This document shows, piece after piece, positions 23,397-33,238 of a stretch of 64,000 nt of DNA; the first letter of the stretch is position 1, and every line of letters starts with the position of its first letter. The DNA comes from an uncultured Planctomycetota bacterium. Its GTDB lineage: Bacteria > Planctomycetota > Planctomycetia > Gemmatales > Gemmataceae. The stretch covers positions 160,001-224,000 of the forward strand of contig CAWKHF010000005.1 in NCBI GenBank assembly GCA_963849325.1, written 5' to 3'. Position numbers and translations under genes: made by a program. Under the pieces are notes generated by a model. That model searched no databases. It had not been told where the DNA came from and worked only from the letters and a program-made list of their open reading frames with translations.

Positions 23397-26300
23397 TTAC
23401 GGCCCTTGGACGCAGACGACACGAAATCCGGTGTAATGGTCTGTCCTGGCCGGCTCAAGCTTATCGCGGTGCGTGCAACGGCAATGACAGGGCTTTGCAG
23501 AAGGCGTCGGCGTCCGTCCAACTCACGCTCTCGACGGGAAATTTCGTGGTGTCCCCGGAGCGAACCGCGGATTGCTGTTGCCCTCCTTCGCTGTACGCGC
23601 TGGGGTTGCTCCCCATGACCGTTTGATACTGCTCCTGCGTCACCTCGTGAGCACCCATGAAGAAGTCGGCTGGGATCACGACTTCGTGCTGCTTCTCGTC
23701 CTTACCGCGTATGGCATTGGTAGGCGATCCCATCAAGAATGTCCCTTTGGGAATGGGCATTAACCGCATCCCGATCGAATTTTGGATGCCCCTCCTCTCG
23801 GTTTGGCCTCCGGGCTGCGGTCGATGCACCTCGCCCTTGTCCAACGGTCCAACAAGCTTCGCCAACGGCGATCCCTCCAGCCGGACCAGCAAGGGGCTGG
23901 CTCCTACCACGTTGCCGAACTTGTGAGGAGTCTGGAGCCTTGCTCCGGTGTAAGCCTTGCTCTCCGATTGCATGGCCTCCTCCACATAGACAGCGAGCCT
24001 TCCCCAGGTTACTTTCCCGGAGACGGCATCCTTCGCTTCGCCGCGGAGCCCCTTCAAGACAAAGTAGAAGAAGACGCCGTGTTGCAAACGCGGACTCTCG
24101 TAGGCCAGCTGTCCGCTCTTGCAGCTGAACATGGCTGCTAACCCGGCAGGAATGAGAACTTTGTTGTAATCCACGCTCAGCGAGCGCGAAGCGGGCAACT
24201 TCTTATGCTCTCGGCAGGCATCCATCAACAGCAGTTTCGCGCCCGCCCCGCACTTGCCCAGCGTCTCGAGCATCAAGTCCTTGATATTGATTAAGTGCTC
24301 ATTGTAGCCCGTGGCGTAGTCGGTGCCGTCAACGTCAAACTGGGCATCGCTGGGGCAGAAGAAGGGGTAGATGCAATCGTCCGGCGATGCTTCTCCCTCC
24401 GGACGAGTCGAGCGACGTGCCCCGGCGCCGGGCGGAGGCACCATCAATTCGACGCCGTGACTGGCCAGCGCCACTAGGACCGTCTCCTCGCGCGTTCGCC
24501 GGCCGGTCAATTCCTGGAGTGCCTTGCGGATGTTCGCCGCCGTCGGCTTGTCTGCAGCCGTCTTGCTGCCGCGCGAGCTGGTCAACACGCGAACGCGGCC
24601 GTGAAAGGGCGACCCTGGCCTGTCAAGCAGCCGGCCCAGTTCCTCGACATCGTTTTCCGTATATTTCAGCTCGTCCAAGCCCGAACGATCGAAGGTTTTG
24701 ACGCCGATGAGGAGAGCGTAGGCTTTGCTCGGCGGCTTCTTGCCATCCTTTTCGCCTTGCAGCAGCTCGCGGACTTCGGGCAAATCGACCTCATCGGGGA
24801 GGCCTCCCGCTTTGAGGGTGTTGTAGGCGGCCAGGCGGACTCCCGGCTCCAGGTCGCGCAAACACTCCACCAGCCCCGCATAGGCGGCATCCTGGCCGGC
24901 CTTGCCGTAGCTGGCCAGGGACAGGGCCGCGTTCTGCCGCACCTGGGCATCGTCGTCCTTCAGCGCGTTCTTGAGCAACTCGATGATCTCTTTGCGTTTG
25001 TCCTCCGGGAAAGAATCCAGCGATAGCGCCGCATAGCGGCGAGCCTCTTTGCAATAGGCATCGTCTCTCTTGTCCTGCAGGGCAGCTTTCAGCGCCTTGA
25101 ACTGCTTATGCTCCGGCGGGCCGATTTCCCTCAGCGCCTTTTTGGCGGCCCGGCGAACCGCATCGACCTCGGTGGGTTCGCGGAGGATCTTCAACAGAGC
25201 GACGGCCGCCCTCTGGGCCTCTGGGCCGAGCTTTCCCAGGTCGTCGGCTGCTTCTTTGCGCGTCTCCGATTCGGCAGCCTTCAGCTTTTGCAGCGACTTA
25301 TTGACTCCATCCACCACCCGCGTTTTGGCGTCCTCATCCGAGTCTTCGGGGAATTCCTTGTCCAGCTTCTGCCGGTACGCCGTCCGAAGAAACCTTCGCA
25401 CTTCATGGACGTGAATGTGTCCAGCATTCAGGACACCATCCGCGTGCATGGTGTGGACGCCGACGAGGTAGCCGCGGCTGTCCACCACAGCACCTCCGCT
25501 ATCACCGGGGTTGGTGGCAACGGAGCTGGCGATGACCTCGGCCTGCCGCTCAACGGTCTGTCCTTTGTAAACCCAGGTGTTGAAGGAAACCTGCCGAACC
25601 GCTCCGGAACTGTAGATCCACACGCCCAGGTTGCCCTTGGGTTTGCCGCCGACGGTGTGCAGCGGCTGTCCCGGCCGGATGGTTCGCCTGCTGAGCCGGA
25701 GAGCCTTCACGCCCACCGGCAGCCGATCCAGGTGGATCAGCGCAAGATCACAGGTCGCTTGATCGTAGACAAAATCCGCAGGGATGGCGTGTTTGGGCTT
25801 TTCCTTTTTCAAATCGTTCAAGTAGACTTCACTCTCCGTCACGAGCTTGCCATCTCGGATGATCGGGAAGAAGACCACAATTTCTTTCTTGCTGCGGTTA
25901 GCAACGTGTTGGGCGGTGAGCACCATCTGCTTCTCTCGATCAATCAGCGATCCGGTTCCGTACCCTACGTTGCCGTTCGCGTCCTGCGTACGAATCCACA
26001 CGCACGACTTGAGCATTTCGTTGTACAACTCGTCGCTGGTCATCCCGCTGGCGTCCGCCTTGACGCTGGCGTCCGTCTCCAGGGTGCGCTCCGTCTCCGG
26101 GCTGGCGTCCGTCTTTCGCTCGGCGTCTTTCTTCCGGTCGGCGTCCTTCTTCCGTTCGGCGTCCGCCTTCGGGGCGGCTGGATTATCCTTCCGCGCGACC
26201 GTCTCCTGGGACAGAGTGCTCGAAGGGAGCTTCCCTTCGAGAAGAGAAGGGAGCAGAAGGATGGCACCGCCGAGGAGGAGGCCCGTCAGGGCGCTTACGC

Positions 26301-26487
26301 CCAGAAGGAGCGGGCCGCAGCCCCGACCGCGTGGCTGCGCGATGGCGGTGCTCGCATTCGCCGACTTCTCGGCGCGGACGACGACGCGCATTCGCTGACC
26401 GCAATTGCCGCACGGCCACACAACTCCACTCGGAATGTTCTCCGAACTGAGCTCTGTTCGACACTCCGGGCAGGTGTACGTGAACAT
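23397..26487 (-). CDS. Multidomain protease: Zn-ribbon, TM, trypsin-like, HEAT repeats, caspase (C14), FGE-sulfatase/CLec (internally deleted)
   Basis: CPEC..CGNC; TM helix; LTAQHV / DLALI / GDSGG; HEAT repeats; ALLIGV..SHG..MDACR; NSIGMRLMPIPKGTFLMGSP. The in-frame stop is at 23461, but a C-terminal GFRVV segment in another frame ends at 23397. Confidence 0.88.
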
Positions 26488-26543
26488 GGTCGTGTCTCCG
26501 TTCGGCCTTCGCTGCGTCGAGCGTGTTGGGCCTCGTGATGCAG

Positions 26544-26654
26544 GCTTTTCGGAGTTGACGGATGGTGCGAGTATTATCGGCTCAAGAACCAAGGGATGGA
26601 TCGGGCCGGTAAAGGACGCTTTTCGGAGTTGACGGATGGTGCGAGTATTATCGG
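26544..26654. repeat. Exact 37-bp direct repeat x2 separated by a 37-bp spacer
   Basis: GCTTTTCGGAGTTGACGGATGGTGCGAGTATTATCGG at 26544-26580 and 26618-26654. Confidence 0.9.
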
Positions 26655-26675
26655 GGCAGCCTGTCGATTCCGCAA
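26647..26675 (-). promoter_or_regulatory. Putative sigma70 promoter TTGCGG-N17-GATAAT for the multidomain protease
   Basis: Minus-strand hexamers with 17-nt spacing; the -10 box lies inside the 37-bp repeat. Confidence 0.45.
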
Positions 26676-26706
26676 GGGTCATTTCTTCGATTTTCATTTT
26701 CGTCGA

Positions 26707-26753
26707 GACCCGCAACGTCAGCGAGGGAGCGTCCTTCGCTGACGCGGCGGGCC
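26707..26753. repeat. Imperfect REP-like palindrome (CCCGCAACGTCAGCGAGG / CCTTCGCTGACGCGGCGGG)
   Basis: Inverted arms with a CGTCAGCGA core. Confidence 0.6.
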
Positions 26754-26768
26754 CCGACGAAAATGCGC

Positions 26769-29030
26769 CTATTTCGGCTCCGTCCTCCACTTCAAAACCC
26801 GCATGCCGTGCTGCTCGGCGAACGACGGAATGAGCACGCTGCGAGCACCGGATCGATACATCGCGTGCTCCAGCAGCTGGCCCAGCGGCGACCGCAGACC
26901 CTGACTGCGATCCACGGTTCGCGCTCGCCGCAGTCCGTCTTGGGCCAGGGCCGTGAAGTTCATCGGCGGGTTCGTCGCCGGCGTGGCGATCACCACCAGG
27001 TGCTCCGGGCCGAACGGCGGCTCGTCTCCGACCTCTCCGTGCGGCGGCGGCGTGTCCAGCGTACGGCCGGGTGGCACGGTTTTGCCCGCCTCGTTGGACT
27101 TGGGGTAGAACGCCTCGATCTGAAAGTCCGCGCCGATGGTCAGCAGCGTCACGTCCAGCGGCGATCGGCTCTTGTTGTGGATGCGGAACGAGATCCGATC
27201 GCCCGGCCGGAACACCCACCCTTCGGCCGGCTGCCGCAGCACCTCGCCGCGATCAGACGGGTTCTTGTGCCCCAATACCTCCACGTCCAAACCGACAAGA
27301 GAGCTGCCGCGGTACCGCTGTCCCTCGAAGCGGCCCGCCAGCGCGAGCAGGTTACGCGCCCGATAGACTTTCTCCAGATTGTGACGCAGGGCGTCGATCC
27401 ATCCGACGTTGTCCAGGTCCGGCAGGGCGAACGGCTCCCGGTTGCCCGAGGCCTCCACCAGCTGGAGCTTCCCCTTTTCCGGACGTACCAACCACTGTGC
27501 CTGCCGTGGATCTTCCACGTACTCCACCAGTCCCTCCTTCGCTTCGGCGAGAGACTGGACGGCCTTCCGTAACCGCTGCCGCAGCGCCGCCTGTCCGTCC
27601 GGGACCTGGACGGCCACCTTGAAGCGCCGTAGGCTGTAATCGACGAGCACCGGCCGGCACGTCGAGAGCAGCGGCAGCTTCTCCACCCGCAGCGATTCCT
27701 CATCGGCGCACGGCTCGACGGTCGCGTCGAACGGTCGGATGTCCTGCACGCGGACGTGGCCCAGCAGCTTTGGCTTCTCTCGCCCGCCGGCAGGCGACTC
27801 CACCGCCAGAATGCTCCCGGAGGTGAGCCCGTGCAGCGCTCCCGCATTGACCTTGTAGCCGTCCTCGTCTCGGCTTAACAGCAAGGGCGACCGCAGTGGT
27901 TGCTCCGTACCCAGGACGACGCGATCCTGTCCTCTGCCCTCGACCAGCGGCGTCGGCGAGCCTTGCGGCCGACCGGCGTACTGGATCTGGAGGCGTTGGA
28001 CCAGTTCTCGGTAGGTCAGCGGCGAGGGCGACTCCGCCGACTTGGTGAGGATGTCCACCAGGTTATAGGTGAGCAGCCCATAACACTTGGCGTCCCGCGA
28101 ATCGGCCGGCTGGGGACATTCCGGCGTCGTTTCCTGCGGCCGGCAGGCGTACACCGCCACCAGGTAGTCGGAAGGCTCCTGCGGTACGAACGGAGCGGAC
28201 TTGGCCGACGATCCGCCGCGTGTCTTCCCCTGCCGCCGAGCCGCCCGCTGCCGGGCCTTTTCCAGCTCCTCTCGGGGCATCAGGGTATCCGGCGGCAGTT
28301 CGCGGACGACCTCGACGCCGCGGGTCATGGTTCCGGAGTGGCAGCAATCGAAGATGATCCAGACGTAGGCCTTCTTCGCCGTGATGGCCCGCAGCCAGTC
28401 GCCGATCTCATTATCGATGATGGCGTTGTGTACCCTCTTGGGGCTTCCCTCGCTCTCTTTCACGTCGGCCGGAAGGAAGATCTCGTCAATGCCGTCCGGC
28501 TCGGGGTAGCGTGGATCGGGAGGATCGCTCTCGGGCTGACGATCGCCGTGGCCGGACAGCAAGATGAGGATCTGATCGCCTTCGCCGGCCTGGTCCGCCA
28601 GGCGGCGGAACTCGCGCGCGATGTTCGCCCGCGTCGGCCGACGATCCCGGCGGCCTTCGTCCTCCGTCAAGGCGACGATGCCCTCGGCCGGAAATCGAAA
28701 GCGTTTCGTCAACAACGTCCGCATCAGCCGCACGTCGTTGGCCGGGCCGGTGAGGTGGACTCTCTCGGGCAAGTGGTCGTATTTCGTTATGCCCACTAGG
28801 AGCGCGAGCCTGTGGACGTCATGGGCAGCAGGAGCGGGATCCGCTTCCGAGGTCCGAACCTGCGCGGCAGTCGCCTGTACGAGTTTGAGCATCTCCGATG
28901 GCGCATTCCCTTGGATCGGCCGGCCGGCATCCGCTCCCCGCCGGCGGCTTCCTCCGCAACCGAGGGAAAGCCCAGTGACGATGAGGACGACGCTCCCTGC
29001 CGCAAGGAGGGGTAAATTCAGGCGACTCAT
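26769..29030 (-). CDS. Caspase (C14/metacaspase-like) lipoprotein with C-terminal DUF4384-like domain
   Basis: Lipobox-like LSLGC; LALLVGITKY, GPANDV, LSGHG, IFDCCHSG catalytic dyad; C-terminal FRPGDRISFRIHN...PPFGPEHLVVIAT. Confidence 0.88.
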   Translation of the reverse strand: MSRLNLPLLAAGSVVLIVTGLSLGCGGSRRRGADAGRPIQGNAPSEMLKLVQATAAQVRTSEADPAPAAHDVHRLALLVGITKYDHLPERVHLTGPANDVRLMRTLLTKRFRFPAEGIVALTEDEGRRDRRPTRANIAREFRRLADQAGEGDQILILLSGHGDRQPESDPPDPRYPEPDGIDEIFLPADVKESEGSPKRVHNAIIDNEIGDWLRAITAKKAYVWIIFDCCHSGTMTRGVEVVRELPPDTLMPREELEKARQRAARRQGKTRGGSSAKSAPFVPQEPSDYLVAVYACRPQETTPECPQPADSRDAKCYGLLTYNLVDILTKSAESPSPLTYRELVQRLQIQYAGRPQGSPTPLVEGRGQDRVVLGTEQPLRSPLLLSRDEDGYKVNAGALHGLTSGSILAVESPAGGREKPKLLGHVRVQDIRPFDATVEPCADEESLRVEKLPLLSTCRPVLVDYSLRRFKVAVQVPDGQAALRQRLRKAVQSLAEAKEGLVEYVEDPRQAQWLVRPEKGKLQLVEASGNREPFALPDLDNVGWIDALRHNLEKVYRARNLLALAGRFEGQRYRGSSLVGLDVEVLGHKNPSDRGEVLRQPAEGWVFRPGDRISFRIHNKSRSPLDVTLLTIGADFQIEAFYPKSNEAGKTVPPGRTLDTPPPHGEVGDEPPFGPEHLVVIATPATNPPMNFTALAQDGLRRARTVDRSQGLRSPLGQLLEHAMYRSGARSVLIPSFAEQHGMRVLKWRTEPK

Positions 29031-29100
29031 GGATTCCACCTCTTACCGAAGGCAAATGCCGGCGACACGTCGGCGAAGCGTCGCCAACCGAAGGCAAGTA

Positions 29101-32100
29101 TCAGCGCCAGTCGCCGGAGAGGACGAAGGCGGCCCAGACGTAGGGCGGCGGCGATCCCTCCCGCGTCAGGCGCTTCAGCCCGCCACGGGGCTTCCAGTTG
29201 TCCAGCATCCATAATTGCGCCTGCCGCATCGCCTCCGCCTTGGCCATCGGCTTGTCCGACCACACGAGACGATAGAACTCCCGCATGAGCTGATGGGTCT
29301 CCTCATCGGGCACGCTCCACAGGCTGGCCGCCACGCTGCGCGCTCCTGCCAGCTGGAAGGCACGCTGCAAGCCCAGCACGCCCTCGCCGCCGGCCACCTG
29401 TCCCCGGCCAGTCTCGCAGGCGCTGAGCACCACCAGCTCCACCTTGCCCAGGTCCAGCTCGCCGGCCTCCAGCGCCGTCAGGATCGTCTCTTCGGGCCGT
29501 CGATCCGTGCGGTTGACACCGGCGAACACCACGCCCGACAGCAAGCCGGGATGCCGCCCCGTGGCCTCGACGCGCAGCCGCAGGCCGTCACGCAGCAGCG
29601 CGGCCCTCTGAGCTACATCCAGGGCGGACTTCTCGGATTCCGCCGCGAAGAAGCCGTGCGTGGCCAGATGCACGAAGCGATGCGACGGGACCGCGGCCAG
29701 AATGGCTTGCTTGGTGGCCCTGTCCTTGCGCAGCACCTTGGGCGCGGGGGCATCGGGGAAGGTGTCCTCAAACTGGGCGCGCAGGTCGTTGACCTCGCTT
29801 TCCGAGCCGGGCAACCTCTTGAACAGAGGCAGCGGTGGCAGCTTGCCGGGGCGGATTTCGCTGTCGGCGGCTTTTCGCTCGCCGAAGTCGATGCCGCCCG
29901 CCAGCAGCAGAGACGGCTGTTCTCCGGGCGGCCGCGGCTGGCGGCGCAGCAACTGGGGGAGCAGTTGAGGAACGGGGATGGTGGCAAAGGTGTACTCGTG
30001 GACCAGGAACTTACCTGGCTCGGCGCCGGGCAGGGCGGCCAGCGGCAGGCCGTGCAGCGGGCCGTCCGGCGACACCAGCACGACTTTCACGCCCTTGAGG
30101 TGTTTCGCCAGCGGTTCCCACAGGTGCTGGCGCAACTCCGCCGCGGGATCGCCCGTGCCTTCGAGGGGCATCTTGCCGGCACCGTAGCTGGCGCGCCAGC
30201 GGTCGATCCGCTGGGCCATGAGCCGCGACACCCCCAGCGGCACGATGGTGACAGCCTTCTGCCCCGGCCGCACTACGAAGGCGAGCAGTCGTCGTTCGCT
30301 GGACGGTTCGCCATCCCTCGTGGCCGGGGCCGTCCAGTGGAGATAATCAACGAAGTCCAGCAGGGCCACATCGCCGGCCTTGCCGAGGGCGGCGCGGATG
30401 TCATCGGCTTGCAAGTGCGTCTGTTCCTGTAAGGCGCTGTAAACGGCGCTGCGGTCGCTCAACTGCCGCTCGATTTGGGCGCGTTCCTCCGAGAGGCTCC
30501 GGATTCGGGCGGCCGCGGCCTGCGGCTGGTTGCCTGACGCTCCTGGCTGGTCGGATACGGACAGTCCGGTCAGTTGCCGGTTGATGTCGCGCAGTCGGGC
30601 GATCAGGCGAGCGGTGTCGGGATCCTTGGTATCGCGGAGTAGCCGGGCCAAGCGTTGCTGGGTGGTGACGGAGCCTTTGACGTGGACGACGCGCGTGTAG
30701 AGTTGGTCGGGTTCGGCGTCCCTAGTTAGTGATGCCGGGAGCAGAAGATCGAGGCAGCCGGAGGTGAGTGCAGCCGTCGTGAACTGTTCCTGTTCGGCCT
30801 GGGCCACTGCGAGGCGAAGTTGCTCGGCGTGGTAGAGATCCGTGGCCTCAGCCAGAGCCAGCGTAGCTTGCTGGAGATCTCTTCCCGAAATCAAAGTCAC
30901 AATTCCCAGATTGTAGAGGCTTAGTGCGATGTCGGGATGGTCGGGAGGCAGGGTCTTGCGACGGATGGCCAGTGCTTCCTCAAGGCTCTTCTTGGCCGCC
31001 GCGTACTCCCGCAGCACATCCTGTAGGCATCCTAGGTTGTTGAGGCTTAGTGCGATGTCGGGGTGGTCGGGAGGGAGCGCCTTGCGGTAGATGGCCAGCG
31101 CTTCCTCATAGCTCTTCTTGGCCGCCGCGTACTCCCGCAGCTCCTGCTGCACATTCCCGAGGTTATTGAGACTCTTGGCGATGTCGGGGTGGTCGGGAGG
31201 GAGCGCCTTGCGGTAGATGGCCAGCGCCTCCCCATGACTCTTCCGGGCCGCCGCGTACTCCCGCAGATCCCGCTGCACAACCCCCAGGTTGTTGAGGCTT
31301 TCGGCGATGTCGGGATGGTCGGGAGGCAGGGCCTTGCGGTAGATGGCCAACGCCTCTTCGTGGCTCTTCCGGGCCGCCGCGTACTCCCGCAACTCTTGTT
31401 GCACGAATCCCAGGTTGTTGAGGCTTTCGGCGATGTCGGGATGGTCGGGAGGGAGCGTCTTACGGTAGATGACCAGTGCCTCCCCATAGCTCTTTCGGGC
31501 CGCCACGTATTCCCGCAGCTCCTGCTGCACAAGCCCTAGATTGTTGAGGCATATGGCAGTATTGAGATGGTCGGGGGGCAGGGCCTTGCGGCAGATGGCC
31601 AGCGCTTCCTGATAGCTCTTCCTGGCCGCCATGTACTCCCGCTGTTCCTTCTGCACAAGTCCTAGGTTGTGGAGACTGTTGGCGATATTGGGATGGTCCG
31701 GGGGCAGCGCCTTGCGGCGGATGGCCAGTGCTTCCTCGTAGCTCTTTCGGGCCGCCGCGTTCTCTCGTAGATACCACTGCACAAGCCCCAGGTGGTTGAG
31801 ACATATGGCGGTGTGGGGGTGGTCGGGCGGCAGTGCCTTACGGTAGATAGCCAGCGCCTCCTCATAACTCTTCCTGGCAGCCGCGTACTCCCGCAGATCC
31901 CGCTGCCCATTCCCGAGGTTGTGAAGGCTGTCGGCGATGCGGGGGTGGTCCGGGGGCAAAACCTTGCGCCGCATAACCACCGCCTGCTCGTTGGACTCCT
32001 TCGCCCCGCGCGCGTCTTTTCGCCCCAAACGGGGACGTCCTAACAAGTGCCACACACGAGCCGTCTCGGCGGAATCTTGCGGCAGCACCTCCCGGAACGT

Positions 32101-32668
32101 CTCCAGTACCTCCGCCGCCTTGCGCTCCGCCTCCTCATACTTGCCCTGTTGGTTCAGACGGATCGCCTCCTGTTCCGTCCGCAACGCCCTGAGTATCTTG
32201 GCCCGCTGCCCCGCTTCCAGACCGGCCATCTTCTCCGCGAAGGCCAGCGCTCGCCGGGCATCGCCGGTACGCCAGTGCTTCTCGCCGTCCAGCTTTTGCC
32301 GCAGCGTCAGTGCCTCCTTGCGGTATTTCATGGTCGCGGAGAAGTCGCCCGATAGCTCTTGCAGCTCCGCAGCGCGTGCGAGGCTCTCGGCTACCTCGGC
32401 GTGTTCCGCACCCCATACTTCGCGGGTCAATTGCAAGGCCCGAATCGCGTGGTCGAGCGCCTCAGCATACCTGCCTTGGCCAAGCAACTGCTCGGACTCA
32501 CGACCAAGCCTCTCACGCTCTGTCAGCTTGGCCTTTTGCTCGGCCGTCAGCTGAGGAGGAGGACTTTTCCTCGCGGCCTCATCCGCGGCAGGAGGCGCTC
32601 GAGGCACCCAGTATCAGCAGGCAACTGAGCAAAGCCGGAACGCCGAGGCGGTATGCGGTCTTCATCAT
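29101..32668 (-). CDS. Exported TPR (42-aa repeat) + CHAT protease protein
   Basis: Signal peptide MMKTAYRLGVPALLSCLLILGA (frameshift near 32590); TPR array; VSPDGPL, VHLATHGFF, LVVLSACETG, WAAFVLSGDWR. Confidence 0.93.
30905..31972 (-). repeat. Tandem 126-bp (42-aa) TPR repeats, 8 full + 1 partial
   Basis: Repeating RKALPPDHPxIAxSLNNLGxVQxxLREYAAARKSxEEALAI. Confidence 0.92.
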
Positions 32669-32716
32669 CTCATCCTCGTGTGCCAACCCAATGCCTTCGA
32701 GCCACCGGACCAAACG

Positions 32717-32783
32717 GGCGAGCGGGGTTGCGTCAGCACCCCGAGAGACAGACCCTCGGGGCGCTGACGCAACCTCGCTCGCC
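32717..32783. repeat. REP-like palindrome (GGCGAGCGGGGTTGCGTCAGC type)
   Basis: Inverted arms related to families D and E. Confidence 0.75.
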
Positions 32784-33238
32784 AGGCTTGTCTGCCAGTT
32801 CCAGGGGCTGGAAGCGCAAGACGGCCGGCGCCAAACAGACGAAGTTGGCGATTCGTGGGGGAATGCCTTGCCAGCGCCGTATCTCGAAGTGCGCGGCCAC
32901 GAAATCAATTTGGCGTAGCGGCGAGGTCGGAAGGTTGCGCCGCTTCGGTGCGGTGGACATCGCAGCATCTCGCATCGGCCGACAAGGAGGAGACAAACAT
33001 GGAAAGTAACTTACATCAGGGATCGATTCAAGTACCTATTTGTCCCGATGGACAGATAAGAAGACCTAACGATTTGCCGACAAGCCCGGAGCGTCCGCGA
33101 CGGGTGGGCATCGAGGAGCGTCACCACGCGTTCGTCCCGCACGCCGGCCGTACTCATCGACCTCACCCGTTTCGCCGGCTTGGGGCAAACGATGTGCCGG
33201 AATGAGAAGCCGAAAGTGCGGGGAAGGGCCGCCCGCGT

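Noticed and set aside
23397-23500. Active diversity-generating retroelement
   Set aside because: No reverse transcriptase, avd gene or template repeat in the window.
26488-27219. N-terminal 244 aa of the 1252-aa ORF
   Set aside because: Overlaps the upstream caspase gene and intergenic repeats; the real start is more likely MFTYTCPEC at 26487 with a GGAG RBS.
29046-29098. Short direct repeat ACCGAAGGCAA x2 between CHAT and caspase genes
   Set aside because: Only 11 bp and two copies; could be a target duplication or chance, so not supportable.
30905-31972. CRISPR array
   Set aside because: The 126-bp period is in-frame coding TPR repeats with no unique spacers.
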